NCBI GenBank assembly: GCA_964477895.1
Contig: CAYZFQ010000001.1
Location: 343,750-407,749, forward strand
Direction: 5' to 3'
DNA from: an uncultured Bacteriovoracaceae bacterium
Lineage (GTDB): Bacteria > Bdellovibrionota > UBA2428
Length of the DNA: 64,000 nucleotides
The notes beneath the pieces are model-generated. The model had not been told where the DNA came from, did no database searches, and saw only the letters and a program-made list of their open reading frames with translations. Positions 47,730 to 58,571 of the stretch are shown one piece after another. The position numbers were made by a program, and so were the translations under genes. Position 1 is the stretch's first letter, and every line of letters begins with the position of its first letter.

Positions 47730-49141
47730 TCGGCAGCTCCATTTTTAGTGGTTCGGGGAAAGGTGGTCATATAATCATCAATGATAATTTCTACGGCTTT
47801 AGATGTGCGGCCATGGCGGTACATCTCACTTAAAGCTTGGAGGGCGAGAATTCCGGCATTTTGGGTGGATAGTCTCTGTGCTTCAAGACTGAGCGAAAAA
47901 GCAGCGGGATCCGCATCAAAGCGTTCCCATTCGGAGTAAAAAAGCTCGATGACTTTTGGATTGTTAAGCGCTTGGGAGCTATCCAAAAACTCTGCCGTGT
48001 CTCGGGCGACTGTTGCTTCATCAGTGGCCTCACGCACTTTTTCATAATGACTTTTTATAAGAACATGGGTTTTATCCATCGTGAGGCGGTAAAGATTAAT
48101 TGTTTGGGATTCGAAGCGGCGGAAGGCACTTTCTATATCCCAGGAATTGGCGGTTGATCTTAGCTTGCGAAATTCTTCTAAAGCCTCGAGGTATTTCTTT
48201 TCTGCCTTCAAATCCTGGTTGTAAAATTTGTTAACCCCAACGGCGATTCCAGCCGTGAGTAACATGGAAGAAAGCAACTGTTCGGGTTGAATGGTGTTGT
48301 AAACAGCTCTCCCTCCCTGCAGCATTTTTTTGGCCAAGCGCGGCCAGAGAGCCTTTTCATCGCTCAGAGCAAGTTGAGCTAAAAAAGAACAATTCTTTGA
48401 ATTTGACCACCGGCTAAAAGCCGAGGTCTCAAAAGCTTTTTCAACTACAAAGTTGGCCAAGGTGTTTTCCGCGCCGGCTAAGTAAAAATCTTCCACGTAT
48501 TCACGCAGAGCATTTTCCTCTAGGTCTACCGGAGCAACGTCGAGCTTTACACCTAGGATTTCAGCAGGTGATGTGGGGATTTTAAAAGAAGCCAAGGAGT
48601 TGCTCACTCCCTCGATGCCCTTAATCGACCCTGCCAGCGAAGCTGCGGGAATCGCCGAATAACCCAGTCGTAAAGCATTCTTTGACCAGGACCCACGAGC
48701 TGAGGCCAATAGATTGAGGTAGCGGCGCCTAAACACCGGGGTGCGGATTAAGCCGTTGAAGGCAAAGGCGGTATAAAGACCGTACTGAGCGCTTCGACCC
48801 AGAGACTCTTTTTTGAGGTCTGCAACTGTTGTTTCGTAGTTGGCGGTCCAGCGCTGTTGGGCTTTCCATAGCAAATCTAAATAAGCGTCATCAGTTTCTG
48901 AGAGTTCAGAAAAGTGTTCTAAAGTTTTGCGGTAGATAGGAGCAAAGGGGTCACGAAAGATTTCCGCGAGTATTTTGTTAGAATAGCGCCGCGCTAAATC
49001 CGGTTTTTGAGCATGATAATTTTTTACAAATTCGGCAGACCAGTTCTCGATCGGCATCTCCTCGGCATGCAAGAAGGCAGACAAAGCGAGGCCCAGAAAG
49101 GGACCTTTTTTCGCTAATGTCGTTAGAGCCTTCATTTTCAT
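47726..49141 (-). CDS. hypothetical secreted protein, 471 aa
   Basis: Signal peptide. ATGA overlap with the downstream 714-aa gene. Confidence 0.6.
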   Translation of the reverse strand: MKMKALTTLAKKGPFLGLALSAFLHAEEMPIENWSAEFVKNYHAQKPDLARRYSNKILAEIFRDPFAPIYRKTLEHFSELSETDDAYLDLLWKAQQRWTANYETTVADLKKESLGRSAQYGLYTAFAFNGLIRTPVFRRRYLNLLASARGSWSKNALRLGYSAIPAASLAGSIKGIEGVSNSLASFKIPTSPAEILGVKLDVAPVDLEENALREYVEDFYLAGAENTLANFVVEKAFETSAFSRWSNSKNCSFLAQLALSDEKALWPRLAKKMLQGGRAVYNTIQPEQLLSSMLLTAGIAVGVNKFYNQDLKAEKKYLEALEEFRKLRSTANSWDIESAFRRFESQTINLYRLTMDKTHVLIKSHYEKVREATDEATVARDTAEFLDSSQALNNPKVIELFYSEWERFDADPAAFSLSLEAQRLSTQNAGILALQALSEMYRHGRTSKAVEIIIDDYMTTFPRTTKNGAAE

Positions 49142-49160
49142 GCCTTCCTTAAAGTTTTCC

Positions 49161-52100
49161 CTAGTAACGCTCTTGGTAAAATTCTACGAGTTTTTGCTGC
49201 CGGATATTTGCCTCTTGATCGCGGCCCAATTTCCAGAGCTTTGTTTCCCAAGAAGTTAAGCCCGTAGATTTTTCGGCCAACAGAGCATCGACTCGGTAGG
49301 TTTTACCTAAGTTAATTTGCTCAATGAGGAAGTTACGGGCTTGCTCAATGGCGGTTGCATCAGCCTGAGCGTTGCGGGCTTTGGCAAGGTCAGAAAGAAT
49401 GCGAGCCTGCTCATTGATTTGAGCAACGTCCCACTCTCCCTCTTTAACCGCCAGGCGTTGAAAGGAAGACTTGGTCTGCAGAAGCCATTCGTAAAGTTTT
49501 CCGGGGGCTCCAAGACGCAGGCTGACGAGTTTGTATAGACCATAGCCACCCAGGCCGGTAAAAATCACCCCTGGAATAAAAAGGCGCAAGGCACTGGACT
49601 TGGCTTCGTCCTGGAATACGGCAAGCGCCGAAATATTATAAAAAGAAGAATTGGTGAGAGAGGATTGTTGGAGGTCATTTGCCAAATTGAGTTCCACCTT
49701 GTGGCGGCTAAAGTAGTCGCGTCCATCGTAATACATGTTAATGGCGATAAGGGGAATGATGGCCTTAAGCACTGTTCCTCCGAGGTGTGAAACGCCTCGA
49801 GAAAAACCTTCAGCTGCGATAATCCACATATTGCTGCGACCCACAAAGCGACGGGTCCCGAGGCGAGCGGCGTCTACGATAAGTAGGGCCCACAAACCCG
49901 CATTTACTGGCTGTAAAACCTGTTGGACGTAGTCTCGCGTGAAAACTTCAAAGGGATCTTTGTCGCTTAAGCCGTCGATGAACTCTTTCATGGGCTTTTG
50001 GTATTCTGGGAAACCTTCTAAAATCATTCTTCGAAGAATTGCAGATTTTAAGAGACCATCGAGCTCATAGTTTTTGTCGGACGTGAGGGCACTAATTTTT
50101 TGAATATTTGCCCGCGTTTCAATTTCTTGGATTTCCAAAGCCTTAGTGACGACCTTAGTGAGCATTCCGGGGAATTTTTTTGCCTCCAGAATCACTTCGT
50201 GTAGGGGGTGTGTTCCATTGGAAAGTTCCGTGAATTCAGTGCCTCGACCGGTTTTTAGGGGCATATTCAAGAAAGGTTCCGCTTCAAACTGAGCTTCTTG
50301 TTGTGCCGCTCGGTAGGAACTCAGGGCTGCAGGATTGTATTTGAAAACCGTTGCGGCATTGATGGACTGACGTTGGGCCGTGACGGGGTCAAAGAAGCGC
50401 AATTCCTTGCCCACGCCAACCCAGGCTTTAACCTCATCTTTAAGAATAGTCGCTTGGCTAGTGGCAATGCGCTGGTCGTACTTATCTTTAATGTTGGAAT
50501 CGGCGATCGCCTCATGTCCTTCCACGAATTTAAGGGCCGATTCCGCAGGATTGGTGGGATCCAACAATTTGGGGTCGATAAGCTCATAAAAACGCGAGAA
50601 GAAAACTTCACGCGCTCCAAGGTAGGTGCGGGGTTGGGGCTTAAGAGGATTCGTTTTATCAAGACCTAAGTCCACGAGCCACGGGCTAAGGCGCACGGAT
50701 TTGCCAAGGTGCAGCTTGGAGTTCGCTAAGGCGGAAGAAATGGCTTGGGGCATGGAGAGTGGCTGTAGGGCCGAATCATTTTTATAATCTTCAGCAGCCT
50801 TCACGATATGATAGGGAAAATCACTTTTACGCAAATCTTTTTCTTCGTTTTCCAAAGCAAGGACATTGCTGCGTTCAAGAAAGTCTTCGGCGTCTAAATT
50901 GAGGCGTTTTCGATAAGCCGCTTTCTGTTCTTCTAAACTCTGCTCAAGGCGATAGATGAGGGGCGCGAGTTTTTTATTTCGTTCCATGGCAGCTGCCTTT
51001 TGTGAGTCATCTTTCATGGCTGCAATAGCTGAGGGTCTCTGCCGAGCGAGAAAGGGAGACTTAAGCATGAGGCGAACTTTGGCTGTTTCAAACTGCGCTT
51101 CTACGATAGTTTTAAGAAGCATCTCTTCTCGAAGTTTGCGGGTGGTGCCTGAAAATACGTATTCGTGATTCTTTAAAATATTTGAGAAATTTTCCGGAAA
51201 GTCGATACGGAAGCCTTCGTTTAATTGAAGTCGGGCATTGTCCATCTGCATTTTTTTGTCGTCTGCGGTGATCTCGGGAATTTCTTTTATGAGCTCATCA
51301 AAAAATGAACTTAAATACTCGTCGGTGATAAAGGGTGGCAGCTGGGAATATTCCTTGTTTATCAACTCTAAAAGGGCGCGTCGAAAGCTGCTTTCCTTGG
51401 CGAGAATGGAATCTTCTCTGATCATTTCTGGCATCACTTTTAAGGCGGAATACTGGGCAGAAAAGGTCTTATTAAGTTCTCCTGGGCGACACTCTTCGCT
51501 CTTTTGACCGCGACGGCGACAGATGACTTTGAGATTGTCTTGCAATTGTTGAATGGCCAGAAATTGAGTGAGCTCAAAAAGAGCTTTTTTGTCGATGTTT
51601 TGTTTGTAGATGCGCTGGCCTTCGACCACCCCATGGATAAACCAAAGACTCAGTTGAACATTTACAACTTTGTCTTCTTTGGCTCTCGACCAGTCAAAGC
51701 TAAGGCTTCTGGATTTTCTTGGAAAGCGATCATCCACCTCATAGTTCATAAAGGGGAGGTTCATGGCCACCATTACAGGAACTCGAACGGTGAAACGTCG
51801 GCTAAAGTCATAGACTGAACTTTCGAGTGTAATTTCAGGGTTGCGCTCTCGGGCTAGGACCCGCAATGAGATAAGGCTTCGAACCAAATCGCGGTGGATC
51901 AAAATAAATCTCGCGAAATCGCCAGTAGTGCCCTGGAGGATTTGATCGCTTTCTCCATAGACTTCCATGAGCTTTGCCAGTTCACCGAGTTTGGTGTTGA
52001 GCAGGTGAGTAAATCCATCCACTTCTTTTTCGATGGCAAGAAGATCTTCGGTATTTACTAATTTGCTGATACCCGTGGTAGTCCCGTTGGGGTTCGTGGT

Positions 52101-52448
52101 CCCAGAATTTAAGAGCTCAAGTTTTTTCTCAATTGGCTCGGCATAGTTAAGGACTTCGGCGAAAGTTTTAAGCTTAAAATTGCCTAAAAGACTCGCGCGC
52201 TCTCCTTTGAGAATAATATGGCTTCCGTCCGCACTGACTTCGAAATTTTGCCCAGATGAGGGGGATTGAGTGGGGGGCGTTGGGGAGGGGGTCGAAGGAC
52301 TAACCGGAGATGAGGCTTCCTTCCCTTCGGTCGAGCCTCCAGAGGGTGAGCATCCCGCTAAAATCAGCGAGAATACGCTGAGAGCACCAAGTAAAAAATC
52401 CTTTTTTTGCCTTGCAAGTTTTTCCACGAGCCGCGGATTATAGCGCAT
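49161..52448 (-). CDS. large hypothetical lipoprotein, 1095 aa
   Basis: Lipobox LILAGC followed by an S/P/T-rich linker. No recognised catalytic motif. Confidence 0.6.
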   Translation of the reverse strand: MRYNPRLVEKLARQKKDFLLGALSVFSLILAGCSPSGGSTEGKEASSPVSPSTPSPTPPTQSPSSGQNFEVSADGSHIILKGERASLLGNFKLKTFAEVLNYAEPIEKKLELLNSGTTNPNGTTTGISKLVNTEDLLAIEKEVDGFTHLLNTKLGELAKLMEVYGESDQILQGTTGDFARFILIHRDLVRSLISLRVLARERNPEITLESSVYDFSRRFTVRVPVMVAMNLPFMNYEVDDRFPRKSRSLSFDWSRAKEDKVVNVQLSLWFIHGVVEGQRIYKQNIDKKALFELTQFLAIQQLQDNLKVICRRRGQKSEECRPGELNKTFSAQYSALKVMPEMIREDSILAKESSFRRALLELINKEYSQLPPFITDEYLSSFFDELIKEIPEITADDKKMQMDNARLQLNEGFRIDFPENFSNILKNHEYVFSGTTRKLREEMLLKTIVEAQFETAKVRLMLKSPFLARQRPSAIAAMKDDSQKAAAMERNKKLAPLIYRLEQSLEEQKAAYRKRLNLDAEDFLERSNVLALENEEKDLRKSDFPYHIVKAAEDYKNDSALQPLSMPQAISSALANSKLHLGKSVRLSPWLVDLGLDKTNPLKPQPRTYLGAREVFFSRFYELIDPKLLDPTNPAESALKFVEGHEAIADSNIKDKYDQRIATSQATILKDEVKAWVGVGKELRFFDPVTAQRQSINAATVFKYNPAALSSYRAAQQEAQFEAEPFLNMPLKTGRGTEFTELSNGTHPLHEVILEAKKFPGMLTKVVTKALEIQEIETRANIQKISALTSDKNYELDGLLKSAILRRMILEGFPEYQKPMKEFIDGLSDKDPFEVFTRDYVQQVLQPVNAGLWALLIVDAARLGTRRFVGRSNMWIIAAEGFSRGVSHLGGTVLKAIIPLIAINMYYDGRDYFSRHKVELNLANDLQQSSLTNSSFYNISALAVFQDEAKSSALRLFIPGVIFTGLGGYGLYKLVSLRLGAPGKLYEWLLQTKSSFQRLAVKEGEWDVAQINEQARILSDLAKARNAQADATAIEQARNFLIEQINLGKTYRVDALLAEKSTGLTSWETKLWKLGRDQEANIRQQKLVEFYQERY

Positions 52449-52541
52449 CGCGTCATGAATATCAAGGCTATAGAAATAAAAAAACCGACCCTTCCTGACG
52501 GAAGGATCGGCTGATCTGTGGATAAGGTTAAAGGTCTATAA

Positions 52542-53519
52542 TTATTGGGCGTAGGCTGCAGTTTGCATGTCGTCTGCATCAGGAAAACTAATACCTGCAG
52601 GGGCTTGTAATACTCGGCAGTTACCTGTGTAGAGGCCGGCACCTAAGCGTTTCATTATTTCAAGTTCACTCATTGCTTTGTAGGTAGCAGCCATTGCAGC
52701 TTTGAGGGCATTAAATACCGCTACACGAGCAGGTTCTCCGCTTTTACCCTCTGCGGCGCTAACGCCAGTCCATGCAATCTGAGCTGAATTACGCGATGCG
52801 GGACCAAAACCTTCGTTTTCTTCTGTGGCAGGGTTGTCTTTAAGACACGCTACGTCCGGTCCGAAAATCGAGGATACTGTAGGTGCACTGGCTAAAACCG
52901 ATCGGATAGCTTTAATGTTTGGGTTTGAGCAGTAACCTTCTTGAGTGCCACCACAATCCTTACGAACTGTAGCCATCAAGGCGGCGGCCTCAGCGCTGCT
53001 AATCTTAGTTTCAGCAACGGCAGTTTTCTCGGTGGAAGTGTTGAGACTCACCAATTCACCCATGGTGGATCCAGCAAGGGCATCAATACGAGCTGTGGAA
53101 AGGGGCTTTCCGTTTTCGGCGGCCACATCTGTAGCAATTTTTTGAACTAAAGAGGTCAATGAAGCGGCAACTTCCTTAGCGGCGGGGTTGGTGCTCGAGC
53201 TAAGAGCTTCGATCACTTGGCCTAGCTTTTGAGCGTTTAATTCTCCCGCGGGCATAACTTTTCCGGCAGTTTGCATTGCTTGGCGAGTTTCAGTGAAAAT
53301 ACCGCTCGATGTTTTAGCTGAACGATTGAGAACTGCTACGGCAGATTCGCCTACAGCAGGGTTCAACAGTGCTTCTAAAGCAGTTGCGCTGCGAGTTGCG
53401 GCACTCACATTGCCGCTGGCATTCGCCACTCCGATGCAGCCACCATGAGCCGCAACAGCAAGACTAAGAATTAAAGGAAATTTGTTCAGTTTCTTCATTG
53501 ATCCTCCACAATTGATCAT
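52542..53519 (-). CDS. hypothetical secreted Ala-rich protein, 325 aa
   Basis: Signal peptide. First gene of the minus-strand operon 53519 -> 45585. Confidence 0.55.
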   Translation of the reverse strand: MINCGGSMKKLNKFPLILSLAVAAHGGCIGVANASGNVSAATRSATALEALLNPAVGESAVAVLNRSAKTSSGIFTETRQAMQTAGKVMPAGELNAQKLGQVIEALSSSTNPAAKEVAASLTSLVQKIATDVAAENGKPLSTARIDALAGSTMGELVSLNTSTEKTAVAETKISSAEAAALMATVRKDCGGTQEGYCSNPNIKAIRSVLASAPTVSSIFGPDVACLKDNPATEENEGFGPASRNSAQIAWTGVSAAEGKSGEPARVAVFNALKAAMAATYKAMSELEIMKRLGAGLYTGNCRVLQAPAGISFPDADDMQTAAYAQ

Positions 53520-53728
53520 TTGATTTGTTGAGTGTGCTTAACGCAGAAAGCTATAAGACGCAATGCATTATCTCCCTTAAAAAGTATTTTATGCAGCTGC
53601 CTAAACTTTAGACAGTTCTGGCCAGAGACTAGTCAGATTAAGCCTTTTAAAATCAATGACTTACAGCTGGGCCCTTCATTGTAAACGCTGGCATAGCTTC
53701 TGCAACATTGTCAGAAGGAGGCTTTTTT

Positions 53729-53995
53729 ATGTTCCATGTCGGGAAAATTTCGCTCTTAGTATTATCAGTTTTGGTGGGTTCTAAGGCCTTCGCAGCTCCA
53801 TCTCATCAAGCTAATGCCCAACCACAAATGTCGAGGTCTGAAGCCACCCAGGGCAGCCGGGGTGCGGGTTATGATTTGAATTTTAATGCCGCTCTTTGTG
53901 GCGTAGATGGACCGAATATTGGTCGATTCCAAACCGACAGTCGCAGCGAAAATCCTCGCAACCGTGGATTCGACGATCACAATAACGACAGCTAA
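53729..53995 (+). CDS. small secreted protein, about 88 aa
   Basis: AGGAGG SD 7 nt upstream of ATG 53729. Signal peptide ISLLVLSVLVGSKAFA. Confidence 0.45.
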   Translation: MFHVGKISLLVLSVLVGSKAFAAPSHQANAQPQMSRSEATQGSRGAGYDLNFNAALCGVDGPNIGRFQTDSRSENPRNRGFDDHNNDS

Positions 53996-54308
53996 TTCCT
54001 ATCACCGAGCTTGGACGGCTTCCGTGGCCTCTTCTTGAGCTTCGCGATTTTTCCGTAGTCGTGGAGCAAACTCCACATAGAGAGCTTGGATCTTTTCACC
54101 TGTCCAGGTGAGGGGTCGCGCGATTGTCCAAAAAGTTTTCTGAAATTTCGGGTGATTCACCGCCTGATGATATCTATTCTCTAGGCTCTTTCCCTGAATC
54201 GGGATTTGGCCCAAAAGTGTGATCCACAAAAAAAACAACGCAATTCGGCCTATGTAACGAAGCATCCCCATATCGTCATTATAATGATTTCGAGATAGAA
54301 CTCTAGGG

Positions 54309-55619
54309 ATGTATCCATCGCTGAGTGTGGAAGATATCTTCCAAGGGAAAAAAAACGAGAACGACTCCGTAAAAATTCAGGGCTGGGTTTATAACGCCCG
54401 GTCGAGTGGAAAGATTAAGTTTCTTCTCTTGCGCGATGGATCAGCCACTATTCAGTGTGTCTTTTTTCCGGCCAACACATCGCCTGCGGCTATGGAGGAG
54501 TTCTCTAAGCTGAGCCAAGAGAGCTCGGTGGAGGTCGACGGTTTTTTGACGAAGTCGCCTAAGTCACCTGGTGGTTGGGAAATTCAGGTGAAAGAGCTCA
54601 AAGTGCTGCAGCAGGCGGTAGACTTTCCCATCACCCCTAAAGAACACGGCCCTGCCTTTTTGCTGGATCAAAGACATCTTTGGATTCGCTCAAAACGACA
54701 ACACGCCATTTTGCGCATTCGGGCTGAAGTGGTTTCGGCAGTGCGGACGTTTTTTGATGAGCGTGGCTTCATCGGTTTTGATGCCCCCATCTTCACACCC
54801 AATGCTTGTGAAGGCACAACAAATTTATTTGAAGTGAATTACTTCGATGATGCCAAGGCCTATCTGACTCAAAGTGGTCAGCTTTATGGTGAGGCCGGAG
54901 CGATGGCTTTCGGTAAGGCCTATGTTTTTGGGCCCACCTTTCGGGCGGAGAAATCTAAAACTCGTCGGCACCTTACGGAATTTTGGATGGTGGAGCCAGA
55001 AGTCGCCTTTATGGATTTGCAGGGCAACATGGAACTCGCTGAAGACATGATGTGCTACATCGTGGAGCGAGTGATAAAAAATCGTAAGCGAGAACTTGAG
55101 GCTTTGGAGCGCGATATGTCGAAGCTGGAGTGTGTGAAAAAGCCTTTTCCTCGAATTCATTACAAAGAAGCTGCCGCGATCTTAGAAAAAGAATCCAAAG
55201 ACAATTTTAAGATGGGGATGGATTTTGGCGGGGGTGATGAAACCATCTTGGCTTCAAAATTTGACCGTCCGGTTTTTGTCCATGGTTTTCCCACAGCGAT
55301 CAAGGCTTTTTATATGAAGGAGGATCCTTCGGACCCTACTTACACTTTGTCGTGCGACTTGTTGGCGCCCGAGGGTTATGGAGAAATTATCGGTGGGGCG
55401 CAGCGGGAAGAGGACATCGAAGTTTTAAAACGAAAAATTGCGGAACACGGTTTAGATCAGAAGGTTTTCGAGTGGTACTTGGATTTGCGTCGTTATGGGT
55501 CGGTTCCTCATGCGGGATTCGGAATGGGCATAGAACGCTGTACCGCGTGGATTTGTGGGACCGAACATGTGCGTGAGTGCATTCCGTTCCCGCGGATGTT
55601 GTATCGACTGAATCCTTAG
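54309..55619 (+). CDS. asnS: asparaginyl-tRNA synthetase (class IIb), 436 aa
   Basis: N-terminal OB-fold anticodon-binding domain (VKIQGWVYNARSSGKIKFLLLRDG). Class II motifs FRAE, GGAQREE and GFGMGIERC. Confidence 0.85.
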   Translation: MYPSLSVEDIFQGKKNENDSVKIQGWVYNARSSGKIKFLLLRDGSATIQCVFFPANTSPAAMEEFSKLSQESSVEVDGFLTKSPKSPGGWEIQVKELKVLQQAVDFPITPKEHGPAFLLDQRHLWIRSKRQHAILRIRAEVVSAVRTFFDERGFIGFDAPIFTPNACEGTTNLFEVNYFDDAKAYLTQSGQLYGEAGAMAFGKAYVFGPTFRAEKSKTRRHLTEFWMVEPEVAFMDLQGNMELAEDMMCYIVERVIKNRKRELEALERDMSKLECVKKPFPRIHYKEAAAILEKESKDNFKMGMDFGGGDETILASKFDRPVFVHGFPTAIKAFYMKEDPSDPTYTLSCDLLAPEGYGEIIGGAQREEDIEVLKRKIAEHGLDQKVFEWYLDLRRYGSVPHAGFGMGIERCTAWICGTEHVRECIPFPRMLYRLNP

Positions 55620-55987
55620 GCTGCGCTTTTAAGAAGGCGGCCTGTGCTGTTGCCAGAAAATCTATTTAAATAGATATCAATGATCTGTTCGTAGGGAAGG
55701 TGCCGAAGGACTTCGCCATTAGCTTTGCGAACGACCAGATGGGGTGCCACTCCCTCTTGCTTCACAAGTTCGGCTTTAAGACCGGCTTGAGCAAAAGCGG
55801 GCAGCTCGTTTAGCTTTTTGATGGCTTCTGATTCTTGTTCTGCACTCAGTACAGTAGGTTTTCGCTGGGGCTGGTAACCTGCGGATCCTTGGGAATCTCG
55901 ATCGGTAGAAGTCGGCACGGCTTTTTCCGCTTTGTTCATCAGCGAAGAGATTCCGCTTTTGATGCGATTGATGCCACCGATGTCCAT
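55616..55987 (-). CDS. FlaG-family-like flagellar protein, 123 aa
   Basis: C-terminal region LKAELVKQEGVAPHLVVRKANGEVLRHLPYEQIID resembles the FlaG signature (...vVkv.D..tgEviRqIP.e..l). Confidence 0.4.
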   Translation of the reverse strand: MDIGGINRIKSGISSLMNKAEKAVPTSTDRDSQGSAGYQPQRKPTVLSAEQESEAIKKLNELPAFAQAGLKAELVKQEGVAPHLVVRKANGEVLRHLPYEQIIDIYLNRFSGNSTGRLLKSAA

Positions 55988-56103
55988 ATGCCCTTATCGA
56001 CATCTTTTTAAAAAAGATTAGTCGGAGATTTGGCGCATACTTTATTCAAGAGGGGGGGGCTGCTTATTGCGGATTTCGCTAAGTGGTTCTAGTCTTAGGA
56101 GAT

Positions 56104-57255
56104 ATGGCGCAAGCGTTACCTATCTATAAAGAAGCAATGGATAAAGGCCTCGAAGGCGTCGTGGCCTGTAGCACGAAAGTAAGCAGTATCCAGGATGCCA
56201 CTCTGTGTTATCGAGGCTACACTATCGAGGACCTTGTCGAAAATTCTACTTTTGAAGAGACGATTTTTTTGCTTTGGAATTCCCGCTTGCCAACGGCCTC
56301 GGAATTGGCTGCTTTTCGAGGACAGTTGGGCGAACATATGTCTCTAGAGCCCGAGTTACAGGCCCTGTTGGCGTCTTACGCAAAGGCACTCCCGACCAAA
56401 ACTCATCCCATGGATTTTTTACGAACAGCAGTGTCGATGATATCGGCCTTTGATCCTGACGCGACAGATATGTCGGAAGCTGCAAATAAGAAAAAAGCCC
56501 TTCGTCTCACTGCCAAAATGGGCACGGCGGTTGCGGCATTTGAGAGGCTTCGCAAAAAGCAATCTCTTATTGCTCCAGAGCCGAGCAAATCATTATCGTG
56601 GAATTTTTTGAATATGCTTTTCGGTCAGGCACCAAAAGCAGAATATGAGAAAGTTTTTGATACTGCGCTCATCTTGCACGCTGACCATGAGCTCAACTGC
56701 AGCGCTTTCTCGGCGCGGGTGACAGCTTCTTCGCTCAGCGACTTTCATTCGGCTATTGTTTCGGCAATTGGGACCCTTAAGGGGCCACTGCATGGCGGAG
56801 CGAATGAAGCCGTTATGAAGATGCTGAAGGAAATTGGGACTGTAGATAAAGCTCGGTCCTTTGTAGAAAAAGCTTTGGAGGGCAAAGAGAAGGTGATGGG
56901 AATTGGCCATCGCGTATATAAAAATGGGGACCCCCGAGCAAAAATTCTACGAAAAATGAGTGAAAAGCTCACTCGTGACACCGGTCAGCCCGAGCTTTTT
57001 GAAATGAGCATATTGATAGATGACACTATGCAAGACAAAAAGGGCCTCATGCCCAATGTCGATTTTTATTCAGCTACGGTTTATAACGCGATGGGTATCC
57101 CAACAGATATCTTCACCCCAATTTTTGCAGTGAGTCGCATCGCGGGGTGGTCGGCCCATATTCTCGAGCAGTACTCTGTAAATCGGATTTATCGCCCCCG
57201 AGCTGAATACAACGGTCAGACGGGACTTCTTTGGAAACCAGTTGCGTCTCGCTAG
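56104..57255 (+). CDS. gltA: citrate synthase (type II, about 383 aa)
   Basis: GHRVYKNGDPRA and catalytic His/Asp context. AGGAGA SD before ATG 56104. Confidence 0.88.
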   Translation: MAQALPIYKEAMDKGLEGVVACSTKVSSIQDATLCYRGYTIEDLVENSTFEETIFLLWNSRLPTASELAAFRGQLGEHMSLEPELQALLASYAKALPTKTHPMDFLRTAVSMISAFDPDATDMSEAANKKKALRLTAKMGTAVAAFERLRKKQSLIAPEPSKSLSWNFLNMLFGQAPKAEYEKVFDTALILHADHELNCSAFSARVTASSLSDFHSAIVSAIGTLKGPLHGGANEAVMKMLKEIGTVDKARSFVEKALEGKEKVMGIGHRVYKNGDPRAKILRKMSEKLTRDTGQPELFEMSILIDDTMQDKKGLMPNVDFYSATVYNAMGIPTDIFTPIFAVSRIAGWSAHILEQYSVNRIYRPRAEYNGQTGLLWKPVASR

Positions 57256-57338
57256 CCAACTTATTCACGGAACGGTCGTCCTTTTGTTAAGGCCACATTT
57301 TATTAAGTTCCCAGGGTTAAACTCCGATAAAAAGGAAG

Positions 57339-58508
57339 ATGAAAGCTCTAAAGCAGCTCTTTGCCTTTTTCTTTTTGGTCGTGGCGGCTTTGGGCTTCGT
57401 TTATTTCGGTCCACGAGAATACACTAAAATTCTTACCGACAACTTAGTGTTCAAGGTTTATCTAAAACCCCTTTTTGATCGTTTGGAAGTTTTAAGCGGT
57501 ACACAAAGTGAAATCGTAGGCCTGCTTATAAAGTCGAAGGGAGATATCCAATTTCGCCCGGACACCGAACTTCTTTATAAAAATGCATCGACGGGACAAA
57601 AGTTTTCTCGTCGTACGCTGGTTTCGAGCGCAGGCAAATCTTCTGCGATCATTCGGCTCATCGATGATTCTATGCTTCGTTTGGATGAAAACAGCGTAGT
57701 CCTAATCGATTTGAAGCCCCAGATGGGAAGCAATAATTCAACCCTCACCCTGAAAGTCGTGCAGGGGGCCATGGTGGCTCGCAAAGCTGCGACTTCAAAA
57801 ATGGCCGTGAAAGTTTTGACCACAAAAGGTGTTGAGCGCGAACTAACTGAGGAAAAGCTACAAATTGTGGCTCCCCGAAAAATTCGAAATTCATCGATGG
57901 TGGCGGACGGGCAAGTCTCTGACCTGAGCTTGGAAACTGAAGAATATATCGGCGAACCGGTGCAGGATACTCAAGCCTTGGTCCAGGAACTTGAGGCTAA
58001 AAAACAAACTGAGATCGCCCAGCAAGAAGTTGAAAGAGCCGCTGCCGAAAAGCTTTTAGCGCAGCCGCCCTCTAACTTAGAAAGGGTGCCGGCAACTGTG
58101 GCAAGCTCCCAGGAGCTTGCCACTCCAGAAAAAGAAGCTGAAAGCTTAGTTCCTGATCGAATCATTCCGCGAGTGGTGCGTGAAAGCCAGTTGAGATGGA
58201 AGGCTCCTCCCATCGAGAATCATCTAACGCGCGCGATTTATGCTAAAAAACTCGGGAAAGATAGCGAAGCCCGTCGCTATGTAGCTCTAGCGACTTCCAA
58301 CCCAGGTTTTTTTGAAGACACCTTCAATGATGCCACTAGAATTGCAGCTGAGGGTTTGTTAGATGCTTATGTAGCGGAGTCAAAATGCCAAGTGGTCAAT
58401 GACACCCTTGGAAATATCCAGCGCCGTTATGCTCATGATGCCGCAGCTCGAGAGTGGGCTAGCGGCTGGCGCCTAAAAGCCGAAAAGTCTGGCTGCTCAC
58501 TGCGCTAG
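57339..58508 (+). CDS. hypothetical secreted/anchored protein, 389 aa
   Basis: N-terminal hydrophobic segment. Central coiled-coil and E/A-rich region. Confidence 0.5.
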   Translation: MKALKQLFAFFFLVVAALGFVYFGPREYTKILTDNLVFKVYLKPLFDRLEVLSGTQSEIVGLLIKSKGDIQFRPDTELLYKNASTGQKFSRRTLVSSAGKSSAIIRLIDDSMLRLDENSVVLIDLKPQMGSNNSTLTLKVVQGAMVARKAATSKMAVKVLTTKGVERELTEEKLQIVAPRKIRNSSMVADGQVSDLSLETEEYIGEPVQDTQALVQELEAKKQTEIAQQEVERAAAEKLLAQPPSNLERVPATVASSQELATPEKEAESLVPDRIIPRVVRESQLRWKAPPIENHLTRAIYAKKLGKDSEARRYVALATSNPGFFEDTFNDATRIAAEGLLDAYVAESKCQVVNDTLGNIQRRYAHDAAAREWASGWRLKAEKSGCSLR

Positions 58509-58571
58509 ACCAATACTGCTTCGTTTTTACTCTTCATTGTGAAAAATTCGTTTCCGCCGTAAATTTAAAGC

